A stretch of 64,000 nt of DNA from an uncultured Acidimicrobiales bacterium (lineage in GTDB: Bacteria; Actinomycetota; Acidimicrobiia; Acidimicrobiales; DATKAS01), in NCBI GenBank assembly GCA_963733765.1, contig CAVTEI010000003.1, forward strand, positions 1,370,671 through 1,434,670, in the 5' to 3' direction. Shown piece by piece: positions 10,438 through 22,482 of the stretch. Numbering within the stretch: the stretch's first letter is position 1; each line of letters starts with the position of its first letter. The notes under the pieces are model-generated. The model worked only from the letters and a program-made list of their open reading frames with translations, made no database searches and was not told the origin of the DNA. The position numbers and the translations under genes are program-made.

Positions 10438-12015
10438 TCAGGCCCCCCTGATGGTCGCGATCGGTGCGAGTGGTCCGGCAGGTTCAGTGTTGAAGTTGCC
10501 CTTGCCACGCTGACCGTTCACGGCCTGCGTGCTCTGGGCGAGGGAGATCGTCGCGTGCGCGGCGGCGTCGCTCATCTGATCGAGCGCGACGAGGCTGAGG
10601 TTGTCGATGTCGTCGCACGACAGGTGATAGCACTGGTCGTACTGCTCACCGGCGACGCCGCCGTACATGGCGACCTGTTCCGCCGTCTTTATCCCCTCGG
10701 CACCGGTGAAGAGCCCGCCGGCGGGGATCCCGACCTCGATGAACGGGCCGTAGTCGGATCGCCCGTCGAACGCGGTGGGCTCGGTCGCCAAGCCCTGGCT
10801 CGCGAAGTATTGGAGGAACAGTTCTTCGATTGCGGCGGATCCCTCCGGCGCGCCGCTCGGAGGCGGCGGAGAGTCGGACAGGTCGCCGTCGTACACGAAA
10901 CGAGCGAAGTTCGGTGAGCCCACCATGTCGAAGTTCAGCATCGCCGCGATCTGCGACTGTTCCTCCTCGCTCAGGCTGGCGACGTACGCCGTGGATCCCA
11001 GCAGTCCTGACTCCTCGGCGCTGAACCAGATGAATCGAACCTTGTTGCGCGGCTTTACCTTCGTCATCTGCTCGGCGATCTCGAGGATCGTCGCGGAGCC
11101 GGATCCGTTGTCGTTGATGCCCGGGCCGACGCCGACGGAGTCGAGGTGAGCACCGACCACGATGACGTTGTTCGGATCGCCGGTCGTGGTCTCGGCGACG
11201 ACGTTGTGGGTGGTGTATGTGCCCGGACGCCAGTCGACCTTGAACCGCGCCGTGAGACCGGTGTCGCCGCTGAGCACTCCGTTGGCCAACACCGTCCCCG
11301 TCCCGACCGTCGCAGCGAAGGTGGGGATGTCGAGTCCGGTGAAGTCGAACCACAGGGGCTCGGTGCGGCCGGGCTGCCCTTCATTGATGAAGACCATCGC
11401 CCCGGCGGGGGAGGCATCGGCGAGCGTGAACTTCTGAGCGAACGTGCACGTCCCTCGCTGGACGATGATGATCGCTCCCTCCGGAACGCCGGCATAGTCC
11501 GCGGCCTCGCATCCGCTGGTGCTGGTGTTCGGTGCCGCACCCGGGGGCAACACGAGATCGATCGCCCACACTGGAGCGGTGATGTCGAGCTCGTATGCCG
11601 TCGACTTGAACATCGAGCCGAAGTCGCCACCGAGCGAGGCGCCAGCTATGCCGGCGACGAAGCTGGTGCCACTCACGATCTCGAGGACCGGCGCCTCGAA
11701 GTCGGCGAGGAACGTCAAGTCGTAGTCGAACTCGTCCTCTGTCACGTTGAATCCGGCGGCCGCGGCGCGTGCCGCGACGTAGTCGGCCGAGTTGGCGTAA
11801 CCCGGCGCGCCGGCGAGGCGATTGGCTCCGCCGCTCGCGTCAGAAATCGCCTGCAAGGCGCGCTCGTGCTCCAGGATCCCCTCGACCGTCACGGCCCGCC
11901 GCAGCTTCTGGGAGTTGTTGTTGTTCGAGTTGGGCTCCGATGTCACCGGAACCGCCGCGATGACGAGAGCAGCGCATGTCAGCAATGCGCCGCCGACAAG
12001 CCTTGATCGGTGCAT
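10438..12015 (-). CDS. Secreted M28 family aminopeptidase with PA domain
   Basis: Signal peptide; PA domain (IVQRGTCTFAQK); GAHLDSV, GINDNGSGSA, SAEESGLLGS, LNFDM, CYH. Confidence 0.93.
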   Translation of the reverse strand: MHRSRLVGGALLTCAALVIAAVPVTSEPNSNNNNSQKLRRAVTVEGILEHERALQAISDASGGANRLAGAPGYANSADYVAARAAAAGFNVTEDEFDYDLTFLADFEAPVLEIVSGTSFVAGIAGASLGGDFGSMFKSTAYELDITAPVWAIDLVLPPGAAPNTSTSGCEAADYAGVPEGAIIIVQRGTCTFAQKFTLADASPAGAMVFINEGQPGRTEPLWFDFTGLDIPTFAATVGTGTVLANGVLSGDTGLTARFKVDWRPGTYTTHNVVAETTTGDPNNVIVVGAHLDSVGVGPGINDNGSGSATILEIAEQMTKVKPRNKVRFIWFSAEESGLLGSTAYVASLSEEEQSQIAAMLNFDMVGSPNFARFVYDGDLSDSPPPPSGAPEGSAAIEELFLQYFASQGLATEPTAFDGRSDYGPFIEVGIPAGGLFTGAEGIKTAEQVAMYGGVAGEQYDQCYHLSCDDIDNLSLVALDQMSDAAAHATISLAQSTQAVNGQRGKGNFNTEPAGPLAPIATIRGA

Positions 12016-12171
12016 GGTGCCTCCCACGCTCCCTTTTGACCCGGCTGAATCGCTCCGTAGGAGCGTGATCCATGCCAGGGAGGTCGTCAAGAGACGACCT
12101 CGGTCGAGCTCGTCCCGCGACTCTGTTCGCGACGCAGCCTGCGGAGGTCATCGGCTGCGTACAGTCGCGGC

Positions 12172-13002
12172 GTGGCTGGCTCCGAGGCAGCTCGGGTGCG
12201 ATCGATCGCTTCGGGCCTCTCTCGTCGCATCAAGGAGCACAACCTCACGCTCGTCGCCGCCGGCGTCGCGTTCTACGCGTTTCTGGCCTTTGTACCCGCG
12301 CTCGTCGCGTTCATCTCCATCTACGGGCTCGTTGCCGATCCCGACGACGTCGCTGATCAGGTCGCGGACATCGCCTCGGCGCTGCCGGAAGAGGTGCAGG
12401 ACTTTCTGACCTTCCAACTCACTTCCATCGCGAGCGCAAACCGCGCTGGTGTCTCGTTCACGCTCGTGATCGCGATCGCACTGGCGCTCTGGAGTGCGTC
12501 GGGGGGGATGGCGGCGCTCATCACGGGGATCCACGTCGCGCATGAGCACGACGAGCCGTCGGGCTTCGTATCCAAGCGCGGGAAGGCGCTGATGCTGACC
12601 CTCGGCGCGATGGTGTTCCTCGGCATTGTCATCTTCGTGATCGCCGCCGTGCCACCCTTGCTATCCAAGGCCGGACTCGGCACCGCGGGCGAGCTCGTGT
12701 TCAGTGCGCTCCGCTGGCCAGTGCTCGGGGCGGTGATGATCGCCGGGATCGGCCTGCTGTACCGAGTTGCCTTGAAGGGTTCCCCGAGCGCATGGCTCGG
12801 CCTCGTGACGCCGGGCGCGGTGATGGCGACTCTCGGGTGGCTCGTCGTCTCGGCCGGTTTCGCCTTCTACGCCGCGAACTTCGCGAGCTACAGCAAGACC
12901 TACGGCGCCCTCGCATCAATCGTTGTCGTGCTGCTGTGGTTGTGGCTGAGCTCGCTCCTCGTCCTCGTCGGCGCGGAGGTCGATGGGCTGCGGGAGGAGT
13001 GA
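12172..13002 (+). CDS. YihY/virulence factor BrkB family membrane protein
   Basis: AAGVAFYAFLAFVP...YSKTYGALASIVVVLLWLWLSS...GAEV. Confidence 0.92.
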   Translation: MAGSEAARVRSIASGLSRRIKEHNLTLVAAGVAFYAFLAFVPALVAFISIYGLVADPDDVADQVADIASALPEEVQDFLTFQLTSIASANRAGVSFTLVIAIALALWSASGGMAALITGIHVAHEHDEPSGFVSKRGKALMLTLGAMVFLGIVIFVIAAVPPLLSKAGLGTAGELVFSALRWPVLGAVMIAGIGLLYRVALKGSPSAWLGLVTPGAVMATLGWLVVSAGFAFYAANFASYSKTYGALASIVVVLLWLWLSSLLVLVGAEVDGLREE

Positions 13003-13022
13003 TACGAGCGATACTGGAGGCG

Positions 13023-13727
13023 ATGACCGCGCCGGCTGAGGAGCTGCGCATCGACCGGCGCGCGCCGGTCGAGCGCACCGCGCTGCCGCCGACGTCCTGG
13101 GTCGAGCTCGTCCCCGGTTTCGTTCGTGACGCCGACGCCATCTTTCACGAGTTGCACACGACGCTGCCGTGGGGACAGACCGAAGTGCTCAGGTACGACA
13201 AGTACGTGCCGGAGAACCGGCTCGGGGTCGGAGTACGCACCGACTCCCACGTGCTGTTCCGCCAGACCGATCTCCACCTTCGGTCCCGCTTCCACGTCCA
13301 GTTCACGGGAGTGTCGGCGATCCTCTATCGCGACGGGCAGGACTTTCAGGGTCTTCACAGCGACCGGGAGATGCGGTGGCTCGACGACACGGTCATCGCC
13401 ATCGCCGTGCTCGGCGCGCGGCGCCCGTTCGTCCTGCGTCCTCGGCTCGAGCGGGGAGTGCCGGTCGAGCGCATCCCGGCCGGCACTGGCCCCGACGATG
13501 TGGTCCTCACGCCGGGCGACGGTGACCTGCTCATCATGGGTGGCGCCGCGCAGCGCGGGTGGCTGCACGGAGTTCCGAAGGCGCCCGCGGTCGACAAACC
13601 GCGCATCTCGCTCACGTGGAGATGGACGAGCCGCAAGGGACGACCCGATACCAACCCGACGTTCTACGAAGGACGCCAATTCAGCGACCGCCCTCGGCAA
13701 CCTGGCTCGCGCACGCGTCGACCTTGA
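13023..13727 (+). CDS. AlkB-like 2OG-Fe(II) dioxygenase
   Basis: YRDGQDFQGLHSD, GDLLIMGG...WLHGVPK...RISLTWR. Confidence 0.88.
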   Translation: MTAPAEELRIDRRAPVERTALPPTSWVELVPGFVRDADAIFHELHTTLPWGQTEVLRYDKYVPENRLGVGVRTDSHVLFRQTDLHLRSRFHVQFTGVSAILYRDGQDFQGLHSDREMRWLDDTVIAIAVLGARRPFVLRPRLERGVPVERIPAGTGPDDVVLTPGDGDLLIMGGAAQRGWLHGVPKAPAVDKPRISLTWRWTSRKGRPDTNPTFYEGRQFSDRPRQPGSRTRRP

Positions 13728-14452
13728 GCACGAGGACAGCGTCGCGGCGGGCGCTTGTCACAGGGGTTGGGCGGCGGGCGGGTATCGGGGCGACGATCGC
13801 CGACCGCCTGCGCGCTGACGGCTGGAACGTGGCGACGACGGGTTGGCGCAGCTACGACGCACGGATGGAGTGGGGCGCCGACGAGCAGCCGCTGGCCGAG
13901 CACGAAGTTGACTTCGCCGATCCCGACGCGCCCGACGCACTCTTCCGTCTTCTCGCCGATGGCGGGGCGATCAGTGCGATGGTGCTGTGCCACACCGAGA
14001 GCGTCGACTCCGATATGCAGAGCACGACGATCGAGAGCTTCGATCGTCACTTCGCGGTGAACGCGAGAGCGAGCTGGCTCCTGATCCGGGCGTTCGCTCG
14101 CCAGTTCCCGGCCAGCGCGGCAGGAAGCGGCCGCGTCGTCGCGCTGACGAGTGATCACACCGCGTTCAACCTGCCTTACGGCGCGAGCAAAGGTGCGCTC
14201 GACCGAATCGTCATCGCTGCAGCCACCGAGCTCGCCGACTTGGGCATCACCGCGAACGTGGTGAATCCCGGTCCGAACGACACGGGCTGGATGGACGATG
14301 CCATCCGCGGCGCCGTGCTGCGCAGCAACTTGCAACGTCGCATCGGGACGCCTGCGGACACCGCGAGCCTCGTGAGCTTCCTGTTGTCGGACGAGGGCGG
14401 GTGGATCAACGCCCAGCTGCTGCACTCCGACGGCGGGCGCCGCCCGGGCTGA
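13724..14452 (+). CDS. SDR family oxidoreductase
   Basis: ALVTGVGRRAGIG, YGASK, NPGPNDTGW; TTGA overlap with the upstream stop. Confidence 0.9.
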   Translation: MSTRTASRRALVTGVGRRAGIGATIADRLRADGWNVATTGWRSYDARMEWGADEQPLAEHEVDFADPDAPDALFRLLADGGAISAMVLCHTESVDSDMQSTTIESFDRHFAVNARASWLLIRAFARQFPASAAGSGRVVALTSDHTAFNLPYGASKGALDRIVIAAATELADLGITANVVNPGPNDTGWMDDAIRGAVLRSNLQRRIGTPADTASLVSFLLSDEGGWINAQLLHSDGGRRPG

Positions 14453-14461
14453 GACTGCGCG

Positions 14462-14944
14462 TTACTGCGGCCAGGGGAAGCCGTCGAACACTGCTCTCGC
14501 ATCGGCCTCGAGCTCCGCGCACGGCCCGATGACGTCGATCGGCACGTTGCCGCGTGCGAACACCTCGCGGCTGGAGAGCTTGAGCATGGGCGCTCCTTCG
14601 GGGACCATCGTCCCGAGCTGCTCGCTCGACAATGCGAACACGAGCCGGCCGATGCCCGCCCAGTACTGCCCGCCCGCGCACATCGTGCAGCTCTCGCAGC
14701 TCGTGTAGAGCGTCGCGCCGGCGCGCTCCTCGGTGGTCATGTGCTGGGATGCCCAAGCGGCGAGCGCGAGCTCGGGATGTCCGGTGACGTCGCCCTCGCC
14801 GACCGTGTTCATGAGCTCCAGCAGCACGGAACCATCAGGGCCAACGAGCAGCGAGCCGAACGGTTGGTTCCCGCCGTCGCGGGCCTCGCGTGCCAACTCG
14901 ATGCAGCGACGCAGGCGCGCGATGTCGCTCTGATCCACGGTCAC
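14462..14944 (-). CDS. Nucleoside deaminase (cytidine/guanine deaminase fold)
   Basis: GNQPFGSLLV, GHPE, LYTSCESCTMC zinc motifs. Confidence 0.9.
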   Translation of the reverse strand: MTVDQSDIARLRRCIELAREARDGGNQPFGSLLVGPDGSVLLELMNTVGEGDVTGHPELALAAWASQHMTTEERAGATLYTSCESCTMCAGGQYWAGIGRLVFALSSEQLGTMVPEGAPMLKLSSREVFARGNVPIDVIGPCAELEADARAVFDGFPWPQ

Positions 14945-14948
14945 GACC

Positions 14949-16160
14949 TCAGGCCGCGATGACGGAGGCCGCGCTCCCCATCAGGTCGAGGAAGTTGTCG
15001 CAGTAGAACCGCTGCTTCGCGTCCTCGTCGGTTTGCGCGAGCGACGCCTCGAAGCGTTCGATCGGCCGGCGGCCGCCCTCCACATGCGGGTAGTCGCTCG
15101 AGAACAGGCACACCTCGGGGCCAGCCTGCTCGATGATCCAACCGACGTCCTCGGTCGGGTACGGCGTCGCCCGAATTTGCCGGCGCACGTACTCACTCGG
15201 CCGAAGTGACAGCGCGCGGAGGCGCTCCTCGTGACGGCTGAACGCGTCGAACGCCGCCTCCAGCTGGCGCATCCACGACGGCAGCCAGATCGCGCCTTGC
15301 TCGATGACACCGAAGCGCAGTGAGGGGAACCGCTCGAGCACGCCGTCGAAGATCATCGTCGCGAGCGTCTGCATGGGCGGATGCGGGATGCCCATGTAGT
15401 CGACGGAGCGGAAGTTCTCCTCGCCGCCGTGGAAGTCGGGTGGGATCGGCAGGCCGTTGCGGAAGTAGCTCTTGTCGATGAGGTCGCCGGTGCCCCCGAC
15501 GTGGAAGACGACCGGGATCGCGGCCTCCTGCGCGCGCGCCCAGACGCCATCGAGACCGACGTGGCTGGGGGAATGCCCCGGCGGACAGCCCGACGCGATG
15601 AGCAGCGCAGCCGCACCCATCGCGATCGCCTCGTCGGTCATCGGGGCCGCGTCGTCGAGCGAGCACAGCGGTACGTAACAGGTGGGCAGCAAGCGCGGGT
15701 CGGCCGCGCAGAACTCGACGATGCCGCGGTTGTGTGCGCGCGCCGCGCCGAGCGCGAGGTCGACGTCGCCGCTGTGCTCCCAGTCGTGAAGGCGGCGGTT
15801 GTGAAACGTGTTGAAGACGAGCTGGCTCGAGAACCCGAGCAGGTCGAGCGCCCGCCCGCGATCGTCGGCCAAGAACGAACCGGTGGCGGCGAAGTTCTTG
15901 CGGTTCATGATCTCGGCCGCCTCGTCCGAGGTGTACTCCGCTGAGCGGTGGCGGTCGGCGAGGCGCTCGAACGCGGCGTCGAGATCACGGAGCTGCTCGT
16001 CGGGGTCGCCGGTCTGGCGTAGCTCGTTGCCGCTCGAGTAGCGGAGCGGCTCGATGCGGTCTCGCACGGCAGGGTCCGCGTGAGCGACCAACCAGCCCGG
16101 GGTCTCCATGATGTGGGCGTCGGCATCATGCACGACTCGACCCGTCGCGTTGTACGGCAT
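14949..16160 (-). CDS. Amidohydrolase family (amidohydro_2-type) protein
   Basis: HDADAHIMETP, VFHVGG, FSSDYPHVEG. Confidence 0.88.
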   Translation of the reverse strand: MPYNATGRVVHDADAHIMETPGWLVAHADPAVRDRIEPLRYSSGNELRQTGDPDEQLRDLDAAFERLADRHRSAEYTSDEAAEIMNRKNFAATGSFLADDRGRALDLLGFSSQLVFNTFHNRRLHDWEHSGDVDLALGAARAHNRGIVEFCAADPRLLPTCYVPLCSLDDAAPMTDEAIAMGAAALLIASGCPPGHSPSHVGLDGVWARAQEAAIPVVFHVGGTGDLIDKSYFRNGLPIPPDFHGGEENFRSVDYMGIPHPPMQTLATMIFDGVLERFPSLRFGVIEQGAIWLPSWMRQLEAAFDAFSRHEERLRALSLRPSEYVRRQIRATPYPTEDVGWIIEQAGPEVCLFSSDYPHVEGGRRPIERFEASLAQTDEDAKQRFYCDNFLDLMGSAASVIAA

Positions 16161-16222
16161 CCCCCGAGTCTCGCGCGCTACCAGGAGATATCGTCCGGGC
16201 GCCGTGGAAGAGGGGTGGGGCC

Positions 16223-17065
16223 ATGCCGAGTGCCGACGAGATCCGAGCGACCCAGAAGCAGACGTGGGACAAGTTCTCCGCCGGGTGGGAGAAGTGGGAC
16301 GACGTCGTGATGGCGACGACCGGTCAGGTCGGCCGAGAGCTCATCGAGAGCCTCCGGGTCGGCGAGGACCAGCAGCACCTCGACGTGGGTGCCGGCACCG
16401 GCGAGCCGGGGCTCACCATCGCGGCGCTCGCGCCGCGGGGCCGCGTCACACTCGCGGACCTGTCTCCCGAGATGCTCGCCGCGGCCGGACGCCGAGCGAC
16501 CGCGAAAGGCCTCACGAACGTCGACTACCGCGAGTGCGGCGTCGAGGACTTGCCATTCCCCGACGCGACCTTTGACAGCGTCAGCTGCCGGTTCGTGTTC
16601 ATGTTCATCCCTGACATCGACAAGGCGGTGTCGGAGATCGCCCGCGTGCTCAGGCCCGGCGGTCGTGCCGCTGCGGCCGTGTGGGCCGGCCCCGATGTGA
16701 ACGCTTGGGCCACGATCGCAGGTGCGGCGATGGCGACCGAGATCGAGCCGGTGCCGCCGGATCCCGACGCGCCCGGGATGTTCCGTTGCGCCGCGCCCGA
16801 TGCGATCGGCGCCCGGTTCCGGGGTGCCGGACTCCAGGACGTGACCGAGTGGGACGTCCCCACGCTCATGGAGACCGAAAGTGCCGAGCAGTACTGGTAC
16901 TTCGTCACCGAGCTCACCGCCCCCGTCATCGCCGCCCTCGCGACCGTCGACCAGGCGACGCGCGACCGCATCGGCGCCCGGGCGATCGAGGCCGCTCGAG
17001 CGTACGAATCGGACGGAAAGGCCAGGCTGCCGGGCATGGCCCGCTGCATCGTGGGGACGAAGTAA
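16223..17065 (+). CDS. Class I SAM-dependent methyltransferase (UbiE-like)
   Basis: LDVGAGTGEP, DLSPEML, LPFPDATFD, RVLRPGG. Confidence 0.92.
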   Translation: MPSADEIRATQKQTWDKFSAGWEKWDDVVMATTGQVGRELIESLRVGEDQQHLDVGAGTGEPGLTIAALAPRGRVTLADLSPEMLAAAGRRATAKGLTNVDYRECGVEDLPFPDATFDSVSCRFVFMFIPDIDKAVSEIARVLRPGGRAAAAVWAGPDVNAWATIAGAAMATEIEPVPPDPDAPGMFRCAAPDAIGARFRGAGLQDVTEWDVPTLMETESAEQYWYFVTELTAPVIAALATVDQATRDRIGARAIEAARAYESDGKARLPGMARCIVGTK

Positions 17066-17102
17066 TCGCGGCTGGGTTGAAGGCCGAGATTCCGGGGTAC
17101 TG

Positions 17103-17207
17103 TCCGCTCGTCGCCCACGCAGTCCGGAACGCTCCAGGCCAAAAACGAAACGCATTCGCGGAAGTGAAGGGCAGGAGCGGGCGCCGGACTGCGTAGGCGA
17201 CGGCGGA
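17103..17207. other. 105-nt long-stem structured intergenic element (ncRNA, REP/MITE-like or terminator)
   Basis: Arms 17103-17127 and 17184-17207 are near-perfect complements; inner CGCTCC/GGAGCG stem; AT-richer core. Confidence 0.6.
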
Positions 17208-17214
17208 GATCTCG

Positions 17215-17985
17215 TCACCCCCAGCTGTCGGGTCGGATCCCGGGCACTCGTGAGGCGTGACCGCCGGCACGGGTGACTTCTTCGGCGAAGGTGATCGCGT
17301 TGTCGACGGCTGCGCACCGTCCGTCGTTGTTGAAGTAGACGAACACGTCCGTATCACCGAACGTCGAGACAATGCGCTCGGCCCAGCCGCCGAGCGTGTG
17401 GCGGTGGTAGTTCGGCGCGACCTGGGCATCGCCGTGATGAAGGCGCACGTAGCCCCACGACGCCGTGCGCCAAGTCGGCCCCAGTGTGGATCCTCCCCGG
17501 TCGGCCCACACCTGCGCGGCGCCTCGGTCCGAGAGCAGCTCCGCCACGTCTTGCCGCCACCACGACTCGTGTCGCGGTTCGACGGCGAGCCGCACTCCCA
17601 CCGGGAACGCGTCGAGGGTCGACGCGAGCGCCCCGACGTCGACTTCGAGGTCGGGCGGAAGTTGGATGAGGATGGGTCCGAGCTTCCACTCGAGTGCGGA
17701 GGCGCGCTGCATCAGCCGGTCGACCGGCTCGCTCGGATCCCGCAACCGCTTGACGTGGGTGAGGTACCGCGACGCCTTGACGGTGATGATCTCGTCGTCG
17801 GCGCTGCGGCGGTGCCACCCCGCGAACGTCTCTCGCGATGGCAGTCGATAGAACGATACGTTGAGCTCGACCGTGCGGAAGTACGTCGTCACGTGCTCGA
17901 ACCAGCACTTCTGCGGCACACCGTCGTAGAACCGGCTTCGCCAGTCCTGGTACATCCAGCCCGAGGTCCCGATGAGCACGGTCAC
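17215..17985 (-). CDS. DUF72 domain protein
   Basis: IGTSGWMYQDW, TVELNVSFYRLP, VKASRYLTHVKRL, YVRLH, VYFNND. Confidence 0.93.
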   Translation of the reverse strand: MTVLIGTSGWMYQDWRSRFYDGVPQKCWFEHVTTYFRTVELNVSFYRLPSRETFAGWHRRSADDEIITVKASRYLTHVKRLRDPSEPVDRLMQRASALEWKLGPILIQLPPDLEVDVGALASTLDAFPVGVRLAVEPRHESWWRQDVAELLSDRGAAQVWADRGGSTLGPTWRTASWGYVRLHHGDAQVAPNYHRHTLGGWAERIVSTFGDTDVFVYFNNDGRCAAVDNAITFAEEVTRAGGHASRVPGIRPDSWG

Positions 17986-18088
17986 GCGGACCTTCGTTGC
18001 CCGAATGGCGTGATCGAAGCCTGGTCGTTTCGGTCTCTCGCGCTTGGGGTAGTCGGGGGGCGTTCCCCGCATGCCTCAGGAGGGTCTC

Positions 18089-20155
<2,067 letters not shown>

Positions 20156-20177
20156 AGGCTGGCAACATCTGGGTGCC

Positions 20178-21580
20178 ATGACGGACGCCGTCGACCTCAC
20201 CCGATGCACTGCGACCGAGCTGCTCGACCTCTACCAGCGCGGTGCGGCATCGCCGGTCGAGGCGACCCAGGCGGTGCTCGAGCGGATCGACAAGCTGAAC
20301 CCCGTTGTGAACGCGTTCTGCTTCCTCGCGGCGGACGAGGCGCTCGACGCGGCCCGGGGAAGCGAGTTCCGCTGGCGCCGAGGCAAGCCAATGGGTCCGC
20401 TCGATGGCGTCCCCACCTCGATCAAGGACCTCGTGCTCACGAAGGGCTGGCCCACACTGCGGGGCAGCCACACCGTCGATCCGCATCAGCCGTGGGACAT
20501 CGACGCGCCCGCGACCGCCCGCCTGCGCGAGGCGGGCGCCGTGCTGATCGGCAAGACGACGACACCCGAGTTCGGCTGCAAGGGCGAGACCAACTCGCCC
20601 CTCACGGGCATCACTCGTAATCCATGGGACACGACCAAGACGCCCGGCGGCTCGTCGGGCGGCACCGCAGCTGGCAGTTGCCGCGGGGATGGGCCCACTC
20701 AGCATCGGGAGTGATGGCGCGGGGTCGGTGCGCATCCCCGCCGCGTTCTGCGGCAACTTCGGATTGAAGCCGAGCTTCGGACGGGTGCCCGCGTACCCGT
20801 TGTCACCGTTCGGTACGGTCTCGCATCTCGGGCCGCACACGATGAGCGTCGCGGACGGCGCGCTCATGATGAACGTGCTGAAGCAGCCCGACGCGCGCGA
20901 CTGGACATCCCTTCCACCCGACAGCTCCGACTTCACCATCGGACCTCGACGGCGGCATCGACGGGCTGCGCGTGCTCTTCTCTCCGACGCTCGGGTACGC
21001 GAAGGTCGACCCGGAGGTTGCGAGCGCGGTTGCCGCGGCGGTCGACGAGCTGGCGGCGCTCGGCGCGCGCGTCGAAGTGGGCGACCCCGGCTTCGAGGAT
21101 CCGCTCCCGATCACGACGGGCCTGTGGTTCACCGGTGCGTGGACCCTGTGGAACACGCTCACCCCTGCGCAGCAAGCGGTCACCGATCCCGACTTCGCAG
21201 CGGAAGCGCAGCTCGGCCGCGAGATGAGCAGCCTCGACGTGCAGCGGCTGAACCTGCGGCGCGGCGAGCTCGGATCGAGGATGCGCCAGCTCATGCAGCA
21301 CTACGACCTGATCGTCACGCCGGCGGTCGCGGTGCCCGCGTTCGATGCCCGGCCCGCCGGCTCGGTCCCGCTCGACCCCGCATCGATGCTCGGATGGACG
21401 CCGTTCTCGTACCCGTTCAACCTGACGCAGCAGCCCGCGTGCACGATCCCGTGTGGCCTGACGCGCGGTGGTCTGCCGATCGGCATGCAGCTCGTCGGCC
21501 CGATGTTCGCCGACGCCCTCGTCCTGCGCGCCGCCCGCGCTTACGAACAGGTTCGCCCGATACCCCGCCCCCCGATCTGA
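20178..21580 (+). CDS. Amidase signature family enzyme (two +1 frameshifts near 20675 and 20945)
   Basis: GVPTSIKD, PGGSSGG, GSDGAGSVRIPAAFCG, FNLTQQPA...GLPIGMQ. Confidence 0.92.
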
Positions 21581-21601
21581 CGCCCACCCCCGGCGTTCTC
21601 A

Positions 21602-21636
21602 GGTAGATAACGGGCCAAATTGGCCTGTTATCTACC
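21602..21636. terminator. 17-bp-arm AT-rich palindrome between convergent genes
   Basis: GGTAGATAACGGGCCAA-A-TTGGCCTGTTATCTACC, with one G-U pair on the + strand. Confidence 0.7.
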
Positions 21637-22006
21637 GAGGTTCGGCGGGATCGGCTTCCCAGAACACCTCGACTTCGGTGCCGTCGGGATCCCAGCAGCG
21701 GAACGTGACGTACTGCTCGCCCGGCCGGAAGTCCTCGAGCTCGCCCACGCGCACGCCCGTACCCGCGAGCGCCGCCTGCCGGGCCAGCACCTCGTCGGCA
21801 TCCGCGCCGCCGAAGCCGATGTGGAAGCCCGACGGCAGCTCTTGGTGCGGATCGGCAGGGATGAGCGCGAGCAGGAAGCCATCGTCGTTGCGGATGAAGT
21901 AGCCGCCGTCGGCCTCGAACGCAGGGCGGAACCCGAAGTGCTTCTCGTAGAACTCGCGACACGCCGCCGCGTCGCGCACTCGAAGGTTCAAGTGATTCAG
22001 ATCCAC
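21632..22006 (-). CDS. VOC/glyoxalase family protein
   Basis: LNHLNLRVRD...FHIGF...DPDGTEVEVFWE. Confidence 0.9.
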   Translation of the reverse strand: MDLNHLNLRVRDAAACREFYEKHFGFRPAFEADGGYFIRNDDGFLLALIPADPHQELPSGFHIGFGGADADEVLARQAALAGTGVRVGELEDFRPGEQYVTFRCWDPDGTEVEVFWEADPAEPR

Positions 22007-22035
22007 GCGCCCAGCCTCTCAGACACAATGGCGCG

Positions 22036-22467
22036 ATGTATGACCCCGAGCGCGGCTACCCCCGCATCGTCCCGCATCTGCTCTACGAGGATCCGAACGC
22101 CGCGATCGACTGGCTCGTCGATGTGCTCGGCCTCACCGAAGTCATCCGCTACACGATGCCCGACGGCAAGGTTGGCCACTCCGAGCTCGAGTGCGGTGGC
22201 TTCATCGTCGGAATCGGTGTGAACGGCATGGCCTTCGGGAGCGTCCAGAGCCATACGCTCGTCTACGTCGGCGATGTTGACGCGACCGCCGCGAAGGCCG
22301 TCTCCGCCGGTGGCGCGTTGCTGATGGAGCCCGGCGACCGGCCCTGGGGATTGCGCCAGGCGCTGATCGCGGATCCCGAGGGGCAGCACTGGGAGATCAC
22401 CCAGCATGTTCGAGACGCACCGGCGGAAGAGTGGGGCGCGACGCAGCTCGCGCCGATGCCTGGCTGA
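22036..22467 (+). CDS. VOC/glyoxalase (PhnB-like) family protein
   Basis: IVPHLLYEDPNAAIDWL...DRPWGLRQALIADPEGQHW. Confidence 0.9.
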   Translation: MYDPERGYPRIVPHLLYEDPNAAIDWLVDVLGLTEVIRYTMPDGKVGHSELECGGFIVGIGVNGMAFGSVQSHTLVYVGDVDATAAKAVSAGGALLMEPGDRPWGLRQALIADPEGQHWEITQHVRDAPAEEWGATQLAPMPG

Positions 22468-22482
22468 TCAGGGCCCGCGCCC

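Noticed and set aside
17103..17207. tRNA, hammerhead ribozyme or 6S/Ms1 RNA
   Set aside because: No cloverleaf or T-loop, no CUGANGA core, and shorter than 6S/Ms1; left unassigned.
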